Below, in pieces: positions 43,007 through 58,580 of a stretch of DNA of 64,000 bases. Position 1 is the first letter of the stretch; each line of letters starts with the position of its first letter. A program made the translations under genes and the position numbers. The notes beneath the pieces were generated by a model. That model saw nothing but the letters and a program-made list of their open reading frames with translations. It was not told where the DNA came from and did no database searches. Source of the DNA: Octopus vulgaris (taxonomy: Eukaryota); the NCBI GenBank assembly GCA_951406725.2, contig OX597832.1, forward strand, positions 64,666,001 to 64,730,000. Direction: 5' to 3'.

Positions 43007-43320
43007 CCGTGCGCCTATATATACATTTCATACATACGCATATATGTATTGATGTGTGTACACAGATGTAGACATATACATACAAATATATAGTTACATA
43101 GTTGCATATACGTACTTATACATACACACACACACACATATATTCATAAACATTTTCTAACACAAAGACACTTACATATATACACACATACATACATGTA
43201 TATGTGTACATATATATATATATTATATATGTTTATATATATATTTATATATATAGACACAATCAATATACATTATAAATTTCTTTTTATACATATATAT
43301 TCGTGTAAATGCACATGTGC

Positions 43321-43411
<91 letters not shown>

Positions 43412-44019
43412 TAATATACGTTTATAATTTTTCTGAGCACACGTATATACATTTCACTTATAGATGTTTTACGAAAACTTGATATTCTTAACATATCTTG
43501 TCAAAACAGCTTATTTCCCTTTCTGCGTTCAATTACTAAATCATGATGGATCGCTTTAAGAAAAAAGTATTGAATATAATATTCCAACACTCTGGATGTG
43601 CAATGGAAACATCTAATTTATCTCGATTGTGCTATGTTGCTGTTTATATAATATTGCATTTGCGACGTGGGGTGTGAGTCTTGATGCATTTGAAACTTTC
43701 AAACTTGAGGTGAATATACAAGTTCAGTCATAAGACTCTTGGTATCACAATACCGACTTTTGTTCTCTTAATCTAATTTGTGATATTTGACTGGAAAAAT
43801 TAAGAATAAAATGAGAACCTACTGCGTTATTTCTCAAAGATAATTTCGTTCTTGTGTTTGAAAATCTTTCTTTGCAACCACGATGTTTCGAGTCCAGTCC
43901 CACGGCGGGGTATTGTGAGCAAATGTCTGCTATAGCTTTGAGCCGACCAATATCCTGTGAATGAATTTGGAATCTGGACCTGAGTGGAGGGCAATCGTGT
44001 AAGTCAATGTTTCGATGAG

Positions 44020-44850
44020 TTAAACCTTTTGCAATATATTTACAACTTGTTTGTTTTATTCGTCAAATAACAGGAAAAAAGGTGCCTATGATTTAAAGGA
44101 GAGGCCATCATGTAGCATCATTTGACGCCAACCTCCTGCAAGTTCTTTGACCCCGCACTGATACCAATTTTTGTCTTCGAGGCGAAGAAACTCCTTCATT
44201 GAAGCTTCCACCTGTAGGGAGTGCAGGAAGGGCGCCGTAGACCGCAATAGGTAATAATCTGAAGGTGTAAAGACCGGATTATATCTTGGGTACCAGCTCG
44301 GTTCCTTCAACTTCTTAGAGTTTATTCTGGTCCGTTCGAGCGGTATAATGTCTTGTGTTGTCTCGCTACAAAAGAACACAGACCAATGTCAGATATTTTT
44401 ACCACACAGTGGCATACGATCGTGAGATACCGTGCTAGCCTGACAGCCTTCAAGTGCTACTCCCCAGATTTACCTCTCTGGTTTGTAGTAGAGCTTCGAA
44501 ATCTACGGTTTTAGAACTTCTTTTAGAAACTTCTCGAACCATCTTGTTACTGTAGTGCTATTATCTGAACCTTCAGCTTTCGCACATCAAATGTTTTTAG
44601 TTGTTTCCGCGGCGTTTAAACTCTCTCCCAGTTTGAACTTGCGAAACATTAGTTTCAGAATTAGACTACATTGCCCGTTCACCTGTGCCGCTTTCAAATC
44701 ACACGTAAACTGAAACAATGCACAACTTTCAACACATCAACTACCGTGGTACTACCGGCCTCAGCAGTCACCCTCTCCGGCTTCAGCTGCTTTGTTCACT
44801 TGATATACACGTCACAATCCTGCACGTATGCAAATATTGCAAAACTTCTG
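44020..44850 (-). mobile_element. Degraded, internally deleted mariner relic
   Basis: PSDYYLLRS...NWYQCGVKELAGGW..M..DGLSF (C-terminus), N-terminal-like FKLG...AAETTKNI...VTRWFEKF, and residual inverted TTTTGCAATAT / ATATTGCAAAA ends. Confidence 0.7.
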
Positions 44851-45452
44851 AGTCACCTCAAAATAAATGTGTCTGTGTGTGTGTGTTTGTCCTGTCCTCC
44901 ACCCATTGTTTGATGACCAGAGTTGGTTTGTTTACGCTTTCACAGCTTAGTGTTTTGCAAAGGACACCAGTAGACTTGAGATACCAGACGTAATAATTAT
45001 AGGGATCGATTTTTTACTCCACACTCCTAGTCAGTCCGTAATCTGGTGATTGAAACGAGAAAAATGATAAATAAATCTTAGTTCCTGCCAAGAATATATT
45101 TTCCTTTTCTTCCATTCATTCTCTGTGATTGGTAATGGATTCCAATACTCGGAAGAGTAGAAACGGTCCAATATGTAGAATTGCTCATGCTTACCAAAAG
45201 AATGTGGGGTTCAATAACTAAATAGTTGTCTAAGTTTATCGAAGTTATTGATGTGAGGATACGAAACCAGCCTTTAGCCTGGCTCAGATTTATGGAAACC
45301 CACAGTCGATTGGTAAGCTGAACAAATTTCGAATATTGTTCTTGTAGAGTTTCTCTGTATTTGTGCATGTGTGTGTGTGCGTGTGTACACGTGTGTAGGT
45401 GTGTCTTTTATGTGTCTATATATTATTTTATTATGCCTGATTGATGGCTATA

Positions 45453-45532
<80 letters not shown>

Positions 45533-45546
45533 CATCTATATATATA

Positions 45547-45577
<31 letters not shown>

Positions 45578-45582
45578 GTCTG

Positions 45583-45645
<63 letters not shown>

Positions 45646-45950
45646 GTATCTCTACCTCTCTTCTCACTATCCTTGCATTTACACACACACACACATATAT
45701 GCATGCATACAAGTGTTTAATGTATAATATATTATCTGTGTGTGTATGTATTTATATATATATATATATAGACATGTATGCACATATATGCGATTTCACA
45801 CAAATATCTGTATATTTGTACATACCTATTATGCATAACTCACTCGTAGGTATATGAATAAAAGGGATACATAGAAAGAAATGCACTTTTCTCTGTCCCT
45901 TTCCACCTCTCTCTCTCTCTCTCTCTTTGTCATTTTCTCTCCCTTTCTCT

Positions 45951-45990
<40 letters not shown>

Positions 45991-46433
45991 CCTATTTATA
46001 GCACACCTTGTTATGTTAGAAATCGCCGTTAACGTTCATGAACACACGGTAGACAACAACTATCTCTTCAACGATTCCATGATAAACGAACACAAAAATA
46101 ATCATGAAAAAAAAAGAGAAATATTTTTTTTTTCTTTCTTTCTTTCCAACATTGATGCTTCAAAGCTGACTTGCTGTATCATTCATTGATATGTTAATAT
46201 GATCATGATCATCATCATCATATTACATTCATCACCAACTCATCTTACATCTTTACAACAACTACTCCGCCCGCCACTACCACCACTGCCAGAATCACTC
46301 CTACTGTTATCAGTACTCCCACCACCAGCATCATCTTCGTTCCTGCTGCTACGCCGCCGTCAACGGTTCAGCAGTTATAGTTTTTCAAAGAATTTATCTG
46401 TTATACATTTCTTAGTCTCTCCCATACTCTCTA

Positions 46434-46475
<42 letters not shown>

Positions 46476-46696
46476 CATCATCATCATCGTGACCATCTCT
46501 CTGTCTCTATCTCTCTTCCTCTTTCTCTGTTTCTTTCGGTCTCTCCTCCCTCTCACCCATTCTCTCACTCTGGCTATTGATATGAATCTAAGTATTTACG
46601 GCTTGCTTGAAAAAGAAGTTTCGATCAATTTCCATCAGATTACAAACATGTATCGAACAGGAATACAAAAATATAGAAAATTTAGAACATAATAAA

Positions 46697-46760
<64 letters not shown>

Positions 46761-46968
46761 TACGAAACATTTTTCTCAACAACGAAACGCATAAAAATGA
46801 CAAAAAAAACCCCTCCACCCATGACACACACACACACACACGCACGCACACACACACACGCACAAAAGAAAGCAAGAAAGAAAATAAAAGACAGCGAGAA
46901 TTTATAATGAATAAATTATAGAAACAAATTTCGAAACGCTGGAAGAATAGTGGAGTGGTGGAGAGACT

Positions 46969-47031
<63 letters not shown>

Positions 47032-47854
47032 GACTTATTTATATATATCAAGAAATTCCACAGTTTCCGTCAACAAAATTCACTCTAAAGTGAGTGGACG
47101 AAGAACTTGCTCAAGGTTCAACGTAGTTATATTGAAAGTGGTATTGTGTGTGTGTGTATGTGTGATTATCAGCGAATCGGTTCTGGAACTTTAAAAGTTG
47201 GAGGTGAAGAAGGCATCATGCAGGTGTTCAAATACGGCCACCGCCACAGTTAAGCTGTGATCCGGTTTAGAAACATCATTCGAAATCTAGGCTGTGTTTA
47301 TCGGTGTCCACCCTGTTGCAAACGGCTGTGTCTATGAACGTCACTCACTCTCACCAGTCTCCGAATGCGCTGTCTTCATCCCTAACTAATATATATATAT
47401 ATATATGATGATGATGATGGTAGGTAGGGTAAAGCCAGCCCCAGCCGTTTCTTCTTGAAGAGCATCTGCTCATTCCACTATTAATACACGCCATTTAATC
47501 GCTGTAGTTCTTGTATAGATGCAAGGTACATATTGCTTAAATATTCTGGAAATATTGTTTGCAGCAGTAGTGTATAACTAAGCAGGAGCTTGGAATTTTC
47601 ATTTGTATTATTTATTCCCCATTACACATGTTTCGTTTCCTAATGGGAATTATAGAGTTTTATATGACGTATAGGCATGTAAGGAATTTCCTATTAGAAA
47701 TTATTCAGGCAGAGAATTAAATGATAAAAATTTTACATTTGAATAAGCGTTTATATATATTTCGAAATAGGGAGTAGTAGAGTTAGTTTCAAGGAAAAAA
47801 AAAGAGAAAATGAAATATTACGGAAAACAGAAAGAGAAAGAGAGAGAGTGATTT

Positions 47855-47953
<99 letters not shown>

Positions 47954-48078
47954 TAAACTTATACATATGATGGTTAAGTATACAATTTCATACACATGTA
48001 AAGATTCAGATAGTTACTAACAAGTCTACGTATGTATACCTTTATAAATATGCATATACAAAAACATAAATACATATA

Positions 48079-48166
<88 letters not shown>

Positions 48167-49028
48167 AACATATACAGACACAAAATACCTACATACATTT
48201 ACAAACAGACAAACATCATCAAACGCTAAATTTGAAAGATGGTTACAAATACTTACTTGGAACTATTTTGAGAGGACAAAAAATACAAAAGTATGTATAG
48301 AAAATATATAAATGAATAGAACAATAACATACAATTTTATTGCGAGTGGTGGGGGGGGGGGTGTCAGTGTAGACAAAAGTACAAATACTATTTTACCAAA
48401 ATACCAGGAACAAAGATAATAATAAACTATAATGGCATTTACACGTATGTATGAGTGGACACGGATACATACACACATAATACATAACTCTGTAATTCCT
48501 ATTAGCAAATGAAACATGTGTAATGGTGAATTAATAATACGAATGTATTTTCCAACTTCCTGTTTTGTTTTATATATATATATATATGTATATATATGCA
48601 CACACGGCCACGCAGTTACACAGATATCACATGTGCTTGTGAGTGTGAGAGAGAAGATATTGAAGAGATAAGATCAAAGACGAGTGTGTGGAAGGAGCTC
48701 TCTTACGAAAAGAGAGTAAAAAAAAAACCTGAACGGATGTTAGATTGTAAAAAGGAAGCAGAAAATGTTTATGTGTGAACATGTCTGTATGTGCGTCTCT
48801 ACGCGATAGCATGTGTGAGTGCGCGTGCGTATGAATGTATATGGATGTCTATACCTAGTTTCTTTTACTATGTGTATATATATCTTTATATATTCCAGTG
48901 TGTGTATAAGTGGGTGTTAAGAGTGTTTTGCATCAGTGTGCTTGTGTACGTGTCCATGAATATGTGTTTAATGTATTTAAATATTTTAGTCTTCATGTTT
49001 ATACGTGCATTCTGCTTCTTTATGCCTG

Positions 49029-49094
<66 letters not shown>

Positions 49095-49215
49095 ATGTAT
49101 GTATGAGAGCGAGAAAGAGAGGGGTAAAGAGAGAGAGAGAAGCTCGAATGCTAGTATTTGTACGTATGTGTGAGAATGCGTTGTACGGCGAGAGAGAACG
49201 TCAATCTTTATTAAG

Positions 49216-49269
<54 letters not shown>

Positions 49270-49799
49270 GAGAGAGAGAGAGAATGGGAAAGAGACAAAA
49301 ATAATATTAAGTGTGTATGTGGGTGAGATCGGGGAGGCGAAAGAGAAACACCGATAGAATTTGGTGGCAGAAATAATATAACTGTTTTGATAAAACTGAT
49401 TGGAATTTGGTGAAATAAATGTAAAAATGTCGAAGATAAAGAAGAGAAAAAAAAGGCCGTAAAAATATATATATATTGATGTGTAAGACGTAAAAATATG
49501 GCAAACATAAAATGTTTTAAACATGGTAAAATACAAAACAGTTGGAATACAGAATATTATCAAATAAATGTACATCATTGGCAATATGGTGCGATTGTAC
49601 ATGGAAAGTAAGAATTGAGGTGGGAGGATGGTGAGAGAAATGAATTAAAAGGAAAAGAACTTCCACACGAAAGTTAAAAAAATACACAAAATCGAACATC
49701 TTGTAAGATATAAATATATATATATTTATACACACACACACACACACACATACACACACATACACATACAAACACTCATACACACACGCACATATATTT

Positions 49800-50395
49800 T
49801 ATCGTTCACTAGCTTCAGACGGCGGCCATGCAGGAGCACAGTCTTGAAGAATGTTATGTGAACAAATCGCCCCCAATACTAAAAAAGAGCCTGACGCTTA
49901 TTCCATCGTCTTCTTTTGCTGGACCGCTAAGTTACGGAGAGAGTAAACATACCAAACCCGGTTGTCAACAAGCTGTGAGGAACAAACAGATATAAAGGCA
50001 CAGATACGCACACACATACATATATACGATGGGCTCAGTCGACATATGCCTTGTGATCAAGTCTCGACTGAGACTCTAGAAAATATTCACGTAAAGTGTC
50101 ATGAAGTGGAACAGCAGCCTGGAACCTGCTAATGAGACACCAAATTTCGTATCATACCCCCACTTCTGCATCTATCTATCTATCTATCTATCTATCTGTA
50201 TATTCTTTTACTTGTTTTAGTCATTTTCACTGCGGCCATGCTAGAGAACCGCCTCTAGTCAAAGAAACCCACCCCAGGACTTATTCTTTGTAAGCCTAGT
50301 ATTAATTCCATCGGTCTCTTTTGCCGAACCGCTATGTTACAGGGACGTAAACACACCAACAGCGATTGTCAAGAGATGGTGGGGTGGGGGGACAA
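49800..50395 (-). mobile_element. Two SINE copies (first family)
   Basis: GCGGCCATGC...TCTTTTGC..AACCGCTA.GTTAC blocks. Confidence 0.78.
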
Positions 50396-50949
50396 AAATG
50401 TACACACACACATATATATATATACACTGTTGGTTAAAAATTTGACAGATACTGCCAATAATTGTTCCTGAATAATGCACAAAGCTGGCAATTTTGAGCG
50501 GAGGGTATTGTCAATAAAACGGACCCCAGTGGCACATGAATTGATCGACTTCCGAGAAGAAGAAATACGAGACGGAACACGGCACAATTTCAAATCAGAA
50601 CGTAAAACGACGGAAGAAATATCGAATTACATTTTTCCGGTGTATTAAAGCTTCTCACAGATCACTGCTTTAAATAGTAACATCACTTTATACTTTTAGC
50701 CCAAGGCCATCAGTTTTTAAGGAATGAGGCAAGACTATTACATCGTCCCCAGTACTTTGCTAATTTTGTCTGAAATAATAAAACCAATAAATACCTGTAA
50801 ATATCTGTATCGCTATTTCGTTTTATTAATGATTATTTTCTCTGATTTAGACAGAAATGGAAACTTAGTTGATTGTAAACAACTCTAATTTCTGACGAGT
50901 GTTTCTTTTTTTATGAAACATGGAAAAGAGACACGTTACAGTAGTAATC

Positions 50950-51231
50950 CTTCCTCCTACAGGCTCAAAGCCTGAACTTTGAGGTAGGGGACTAATCGAT
51001 TACATAGACTCCAGTGTTTCACATGTTCTTAATTTATCGACTCTGAAAGGATGAAAGGCAAGTTCGACTTTGGCGGAATTTGAACTCAGAAGGCGTTAAA
51101 TCGATTACATCGACCACAGTGCGTAACTGGTACTTATTTAAGCACATTTGAACTCAGAACGTAACAGTGGGCGAAATACCGATAAGCATTTCGCTCGGCG
51201 GGTTAGCAATTCTGCCTGCTCGCCGCCTTAA

Positions 51232-51288
<57 letters not shown>

Positions 51289-51480
51289 CCTTACGATTAT
51301 AGGCACAAGGCCTGAAAATTTTGGGGAGAAGATTTGCCGATTACATCGACCCCAGTGTTTCACTGGTACTTCGAAAGGATGAAGGGCAAAGTCAACCTCG
51401 GCAGAATTTGAACTCACACCATAATGACAGACGAAATGTCGCTTAACACTTTTCCAGGCATGCTAACGATTCTGCCAGCT
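50950..51480 (-). mobile_element. Tandem SINEs (second family) separated by (AAT)n
   Basis: CACAAGGCCTGAAAATTTTGGGG...CGATTACATCGACCCAG...GAAAGGATGAA...GAATTTGAACTCA. Confidence 0.8.
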
Positions 51481-51573
51481 GATAGCAAGAATAGGAAGGA
51501 GGGGGAGGAGGAGGAAGAGGAGAAGAAGAAGAAGAAGAAGAAGAAGAAGAAGAAGAAGAAGAAGAAGAAGAAG

Positions 51574-51604
<31 letters not shown>

Positions 51605-52029
51605 TTAATGGTGTTGAATTTGATGACTGCTTATAAAAATGCAGAAAACACCAAATTTCTTGTCTGATGCTATTCATGAATTATATTTAGCACCAGTGTT
51701 TAGTTGAAAGACACTGAAAGGAAAAAAAATCTCCGATAGCATTTGAACAGAGAAACGCAAAGGCATATCTCTACATTGCCCGCCCCTCTACCGCCTAGGA
51801 TATCTCTCCCCTCCTTATATTAAAATGATTTCTGACACAAATATGAACTACTATTAGATCGAGAGGACCTATACTGTCCAGAAGATAACTGATATCAAGA
51901 TTATGACCCAAGGAATGATGAATGGCAAACTGCAATATAACGGAAACGAAACCAGAATTTAAAAATATGCGCCTAATTACTGAATATTCTGCATTGGTTT
52001 TGTGTGCTACTGAAAATCTGCTATTAAAA

Positions 52030-52300
52030 ATACTGACGAAAGAGTGAAAAAAAAGTGAAAATGCATTCTGCAGAAGTGTTGGACTTCTACGAGGCGCCTA
52101 ACAATGACAAGGATAGAATAATGGGTATAAATGCATTAGCTGTTCCTATTATAACCTACAGCTACAATATAATAAACTGAAGCTAAGTGAAGTAAAATGC
52201 TAATATAGGAAAACCAATAAAGCTCCCATGTACACACGGAATCCATCAACTCAAGTGCTTATTTAGATAAAGTATAGCTGACATATAGAGAGGAAGGGTG
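52030..52300 (+). mobile_element. Old R4/Dong-like RT thumb remnant
   Basis: NDKDRIMGINALAVPIITYSYNIIN* resembles the NK..AIN..AVPV..YSF..I.W motif; followed by a decayed RKT..H-like segment. Confidence 0.62.
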
Positions 52301-52619
52301 GATAAGAGAAAAAGAGACCTATTAGCGAGAGAGAGAGAGAGAGAAAGAGAGGGAAGCAGAAATAGCTGGAGGGAAATCTAATCGTGGGTTGTATATATGA
52401 TGGAACCTTTTAGGATTTTCGGATCAAAAGGAATTTTCAAACGGGTAAGTGGTTTTTAAGCAATTTGATATGATACGACTATATGTCTAGGTTTTATTTT
52501 GTGAGTAGTTGAATAAGAATATAGGAGGCGAACAGGGGAAACTGTAGAAAGAGAATGAAATTTTATGAGGAAAAATTAGAAAGCGGGCGAAAGAATAATT
52601 GCCTAACATTATATCCATG

Positions 52620-52651
<32 letters not shown>

Positions 52652-52901
52652 AAATGCTTGATTGTGGCTTCAAAGTGTCGGCTTCCGCCGTCAACAGACA
52701 GTCTGATGACGGCCAGAAAGCCACAACTTCGAAATTACCGTTTATATTGTCTTTGTAAAAGCTAATACACATGGAGTCTACTTAAAAGTATCAGGCAATC
52801 TTTTAGTTAAATGTTAAATTGTTTTAATATATGAGTTGAGAAAACAAAACTATATATAATCCCCCCCCCCCAAAAAAAAAAAATTGCACTTCATGTTCAT
52901 C

Positions 52902-52958
52902 GCTCTAATGAAGCTATAAAATGTTATGCAGGCGCTCATAGCAGAAACAGCTGTAAGC
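52902..52958 (+). ncRNA. Degenerate minimal type I hammerhead motif
   Basis: GCU-CUaAUGA-aGCUAU...AUAGCa-GAAAC-AGCU-GUA-AGC. The core G5 position is A. Confidence 0.6.
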
Positions 52959-54420
52959 TAATGAAATTAACAATAATTTATTTCTTTGTCTTCTCTCGTT
53001 TTTATTAACTCTATGCTCAGCAAAAACTTCGTTCTCAAACATACGTATACTGAGTCCTACATCGCGTCATTAGGCTGGCAATGCCTAAGTGATATATATA
53101 TATATATATGTCTTGGCCTAACGGCTCTCAATGTCTGTTTTCGTCGATTGTTTATTCTATTCGTCAATTCTGGTGTCGTTTGTTTGTTCAAAGCCCTAAC
53201 TCTCCATAAATTTTATATTTTAAAAAATTCTGGATGCTGCTATCTTATGAAGTTTTCCTGTCTTGTTAAAAACACGAAACAGATAGTAATAAACAGTCGA
53301 CAACTCAGGGGGTGTTAGACTTCCTTTGGTATATTGTCCTGTATTTATCTCTGTATTTTTACGTATTTTTCACTCGTTGGTGATGTCCTGCACTTAATGT
53401 ATTGTTTTAATAATATCTATATCTATATATACACATACACAGACACATATGTATGTATGAATCCACGGTTGGGCCGTGGGTGACTAAACAGGCAACCCTA
53501 CCAAGCACGTTTGATCATGATAGTGTTTTCTGTTGGACGACCTGCAAGAACAAAACGCGAAACCTGTGAAATGCCGGATGAACTCGGTAATGTCAAAAGC
53601 AGTGAGAGATTCGCTACTCTTGATTTCGTTTGAATCCAATGATGTAGAGTAGTTTTTTTGTTTCCGGAAAATACATACGTTGGTTAGAGAGAGAAGATAG
53701 CTCTTCCCATGGCCATTTATCACTTACCAAAAAACTGCAACCACAGGTATCACCTGACTTTAACATCACTACTAAGTATGGCAGACAATAGTTGGCTGGG
53801 GACAAAAATGGGAAAATACTGAATTAGGGTTGAGTGAGGTGAGTGGTAATATGCTGCAAGAGGCATCTATCGTTGCTACATCTCTACGTATATGTGTAGG
53901 TACTTAGAAGAAAGGAAACATCACATCCGAGCTGTTTTAAGCGATGGAGGCACCCGACAATGTATTGCTGCTATCATGTATGTATGAAAAAATGTGACTG
54001 GGAAATTATTATCCACGATGTGTTCTGCAGAGAAGAAACACGTATATAATGTGTAATCTTACATACACATTATATAGAAAAAGACAGAGAGTTTAGCCTT
54101 GAAATTGAGAAACAAAAACCTCCTGTATGTATAATTATATATCTCAACAACGTAGACGATAAGTTCGTCACTGTCAGTGAAAAAAAAAATAAATAAAAGC
54201 AATGGAGCAATGAACTAGTGACTGCAACGAGCTTGTTTACAATCTTGTAGAATTCACCAAGGGAACATGACCAATAAATTAGACATGTTTAATGCAGGGA
54301 TGCAAATATACTTTGGTGTCAATTACACTTTGTCCCGTTAGTCTACTAATTTAACGAGTGTGTGTGTGTATATGCGTGTGAATATATATACATATGGCAA
54401 GTGATTTGAACTACAACGGT

Positions 54421-54458
<38 letters not shown>

Positions 54459-54555
54459 CGCATATACATATATGTATGCCTGTGTTTAGATTAATGTAAA
54501 ATTAAAATGGTTTCTATTATAAATGATAATAAAAACGAACGTTTATATATATATA

Positions 54556-54628
<73 letters not shown>

Positions 54629-55814
54629 CATGTACATGTATAGATACATGTATGTATATATACACATGCACAAGTATATACGAACACACGCACATTGATA
54701 CACAGATAGAGAGAAATGAGAAGTAAATGCGCGCTAAGTGGAAAGTGACAAAAAGTAACGGAATTAATATTTGTGAAAACTGAAAGGAAGAATGTGTGTG
54801 CGTGTCTGTGTATGTGTGAGAGAGAAAGAGAGTTAGTGAGTGAGAGTAAGTGAGTGAGTGAGTGAGTGAGTGAAGTAAGTGAGTGAAAGAGATTGGATTT
54901 GGTTTCTGTGAAAGTGAAAAACGAGGCTCTTCCAGAGAGCGTTGAGAATGTCTTTTAATGGAGAGAAATAAGTTTGTATGATGAATGTTTTATGCCAAGC
55001 CAATCCTGATGAAAAATGATTTCAGATCAAAGGCGTTTCACCCGTGGCCATCGGTATTACGTTTCAGAAACAGCACTTCTAAGACAATATTTCAAGATAT
55101 CCTTCATAGTTTAAAACATTAAGAGTACTTGGTTTCTATTTCTAGCAGAGTGAACGACAGCAAAGAAGCGTTGGATGACAAATGTTCGTAGATACATTGT
55201 CAGTCGCTCGCTGAAAATACCGTCTTTTATCTTTTACTTGTTCTAGTCAGTGGATCGTGACCACGCTGGAGCACAACTTTAAAGGATTTAGTCAAGCAAA
55301 TCGATCCTAGTTTTTAAAATTTATTTTATTTATATCGGGGTCTAATTCTAACGGTCTCTTTTGCAAGGATACAAACTAGCCGTCTGCGGTAAGCAAATGG
55401 TTTGGGGAGGCAAACAAATAACAAATACCCGCATACACAAACAAGCACACGTATATATATGTACTGTCTTTACTGTCTTGTTTTTGTTACCATTTTTAGC
55501 CCTCCGCAAAAAAATCTCAAAATAAGGAATGTTTCATTAAAGTCGTGTCTCGTCTTGACCTTCGAAACGCGGAGTAGATGAAACAAAGGCGACTGAAGAA
55601 GGGGAATTTTCCTTGTATTGTATGTCCTGTACTCTATTTTTTCGTTGTTTAAGAAAAATGCCCATTTCCTTGGTTTTGTGTTTATGTTTTCGTTTCTCAT
55701 TGTGTTCGACGTTATTTTGGTGTCCTGTACCCTTTTATGCATGTATATATACATGTAGAGGTAGGTACGTACATATATGTATGTATATATGCATATGTTT
55801 TATTTTATTTATTA

Positions 55815-55865
<51 letters not shown>

Positions 55866-56079
55866 GATATGTTGTTACGGAATTGAGTCGATAATATCCA
55901 GACGACATATGTTTCATAGCGAGCGGAACCTCAGAAGTGGTAAAACATCCAGGTGAGGTGTATGCCACAGGCCATTCTTCAGGCTGAGGATATGTTGATT
56001 AAATGGAAGTTTACATTGTGGAAAGGAGGTATGTGTTAACGCAGGGAAGATTCAGTCAAGTTGATCGTCACATTGACCA

Positions 56080-56510
56080 TGACGGAGAAAGTTATAAATG
56101 CGATACCTGTTCAGAGGCGAACGCAAAGTTGCAGAAAGTGTACGAAATGGAGTTTATGAGCCGCACACAAGTGTTCGAGTGGTTCAGACGTTTCCAAAAT
56201 GTCCGAAATAATGTCGATATTGACGAACGTTCTGAGAGACCAACAACCAAAAGAAATGAGAAAAACATCGCAGATGTACGTGCAGCTGTTAGGAGAAATC
56301 ATTGATTTTTCATCCGTGAGCTATCAGAGGAGGTGCAGATTAGTTACGGTTCAGTTCAGTCCATTATCACTGAAGATTAAGGTATGAGACGCGTGTCTTC
56401 CAAGTTTATGCAAAAACAGCTTTCAGCTGAACAAAAGGACACTCGGCTTTCGGTTGCACAAGATATCCTTGATTGTGTCGAGAACGAGGAAAACTATTTG
56501 AAAATTTGCG
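56080..56510 (+). mobile_element. Mariner transposase N-terminal relic
   Basis: KLQKVYEMEFMSRTQVFEWFRRFQ...DERSERP...NIADVRAAV...IRELSEEVQISYGSVQSIITED*GMRRVSSKFM.KQLSAEQK, with stops. Confidence 0.85.
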
Positions 56511-56704
56511 TAGGCATCTGAATCGGTATCGTGAAGCCTTTGGTTAAATGTGATACAGATTCTCTGCTCAACTGTATGTCAATGCGACGAGCACACGCAG
56601 AGTGTAAGGTCAATCTTTGCCAAGCGGCTTCACTTTGCGTACTGTAGCTTCATTACTGCGGCAACAGTGGGTACTTATTGATTAGGCGACGTGTACATAT
56701 ATAT

Positions 56705-57038
<334 letters not shown>

Positions 57039-57512
57039 AATTCTAAATACAGTGTGTGTGTTGATCTGTAAGCCCGCGCATGTTTCAGTGTTCACTGATG
57101 TGTGTACAACTGCGCATTTATGCTCTTCACTCTTTTAGTCAATCCGTAACAGAGTGTATGTATTAGAAAAGCAAATAACTGCGGTTCTCAAATGAACACC
57201 GTTTTCGTTGTGGCTCTAGTCTTTCTTTCTTTATTTATTTCTTTCTCCTTTTTTTTCTTATAGATCTTTCTCTTCCATTGTTCATTTCATCACTCAGCAA
57301 GGCAATGGAGTTTGAATGCACCAAAATAAAAAGAAATATTGCGAGAAGTGATGGAAACATAAAGACAGACAGATCTCACACACATACACAGACATATTTT
57401 ATGTATGTCTCTGCGCATATGCGTTTTTATGCATACATACACACATACGCAGGCGAATAAATGTTTATGTAAATACATATATATGTGTACTAACATCTCT
57501 GCATGTATGAAC

Positions 57513-57545
<33 letters not shown>

Positions 57546-57938
57546 CATTTCGATCTCTCTTTTCTCACTTTCTCTATCTATGTGCATGTAGAAGTATGTA
57601 AAACTATAAATACACACCTGTGTGTGCCTGTGTGGTATATATATAAACATACATATATATATATACATATTTACATGCATATGACCGTACATACATAACT
57701 ACATGCATATGCATACATATATATATACATACAAATATATATTCATACATACATATATATATATATGCATACATACTTATGTACATACATACATATATAT
57801 ACAGATACATATATCCATATTTGTTTTTGTATTTATATATATATATATGTATGTGTGTGTTTATCTAAACATGTATCTTTATGTGAGAACGTACGTTCTT
57901 TTGCAAGTATTCTTGTAGTGACGGAGAGAGAGAGAGAT

Positions 57939-57982
<44 letters not shown>

Positions 57983-58423
57983 TCAGACAGAGTATAGGAC
58001 CGATTCACTTTTGGTCCGTATTTTTTCACTTTATACACATGCAGGTGTGTGTGTATGTATGTATATTTTCTACATGTAGAACTGTGACTCTCCATCTTTC
58101 TCCACCCTCTCTCTCTCTCTCTCTCTGTTCCTACCTATCTACCACTGAAAGAAACGCAAAACGGTGTCTTTCTTTCACACTCCCCGACTGTACACATCCA
58201 TCGACATCTTACAGAAACACACCTCTCATGCTCTTTCTAATTTTCACACCCAGTCTGTCTATCTTTTCCTCCCATCTTCTTCGCTCCGTTTCACTGATGT
58301 TGTGTTAGTTTGCTTACAGTTTGCACATCAATGCGTTCTCTACAAATCACTTAGCTTGTCTGTTAGCGTTTTGGATTTTCTGAGTGACTAAGGGTTATTA
58401 AACCTGATGTAAACTCGGCAAAA

Positions 58424-58468
<45 letters not shown>

Positions 58469-58469
58469 A

Positions 58470-58580
<111 letters not shown>

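Noticed and set aside
45078-45368. 96-aa non-repetitive ORF as a host exon or helicase fragment
   Set aside because: No recognisable motif or convincing splice context.
50888-50940. CTGACGA followed by a stem (GTGTTTCTTTT/AAAAGAGACAC)
   Set aside because: The GAAAC box and cleavage triplet are missing after the stem; at best a truncated relic.
52698-52735. CTGATGA-CGGC-CAGAAA-GCC hammerhead-like start
   Set aside because: No correctly placed GAAA box, NUH triplet or stem I partner.
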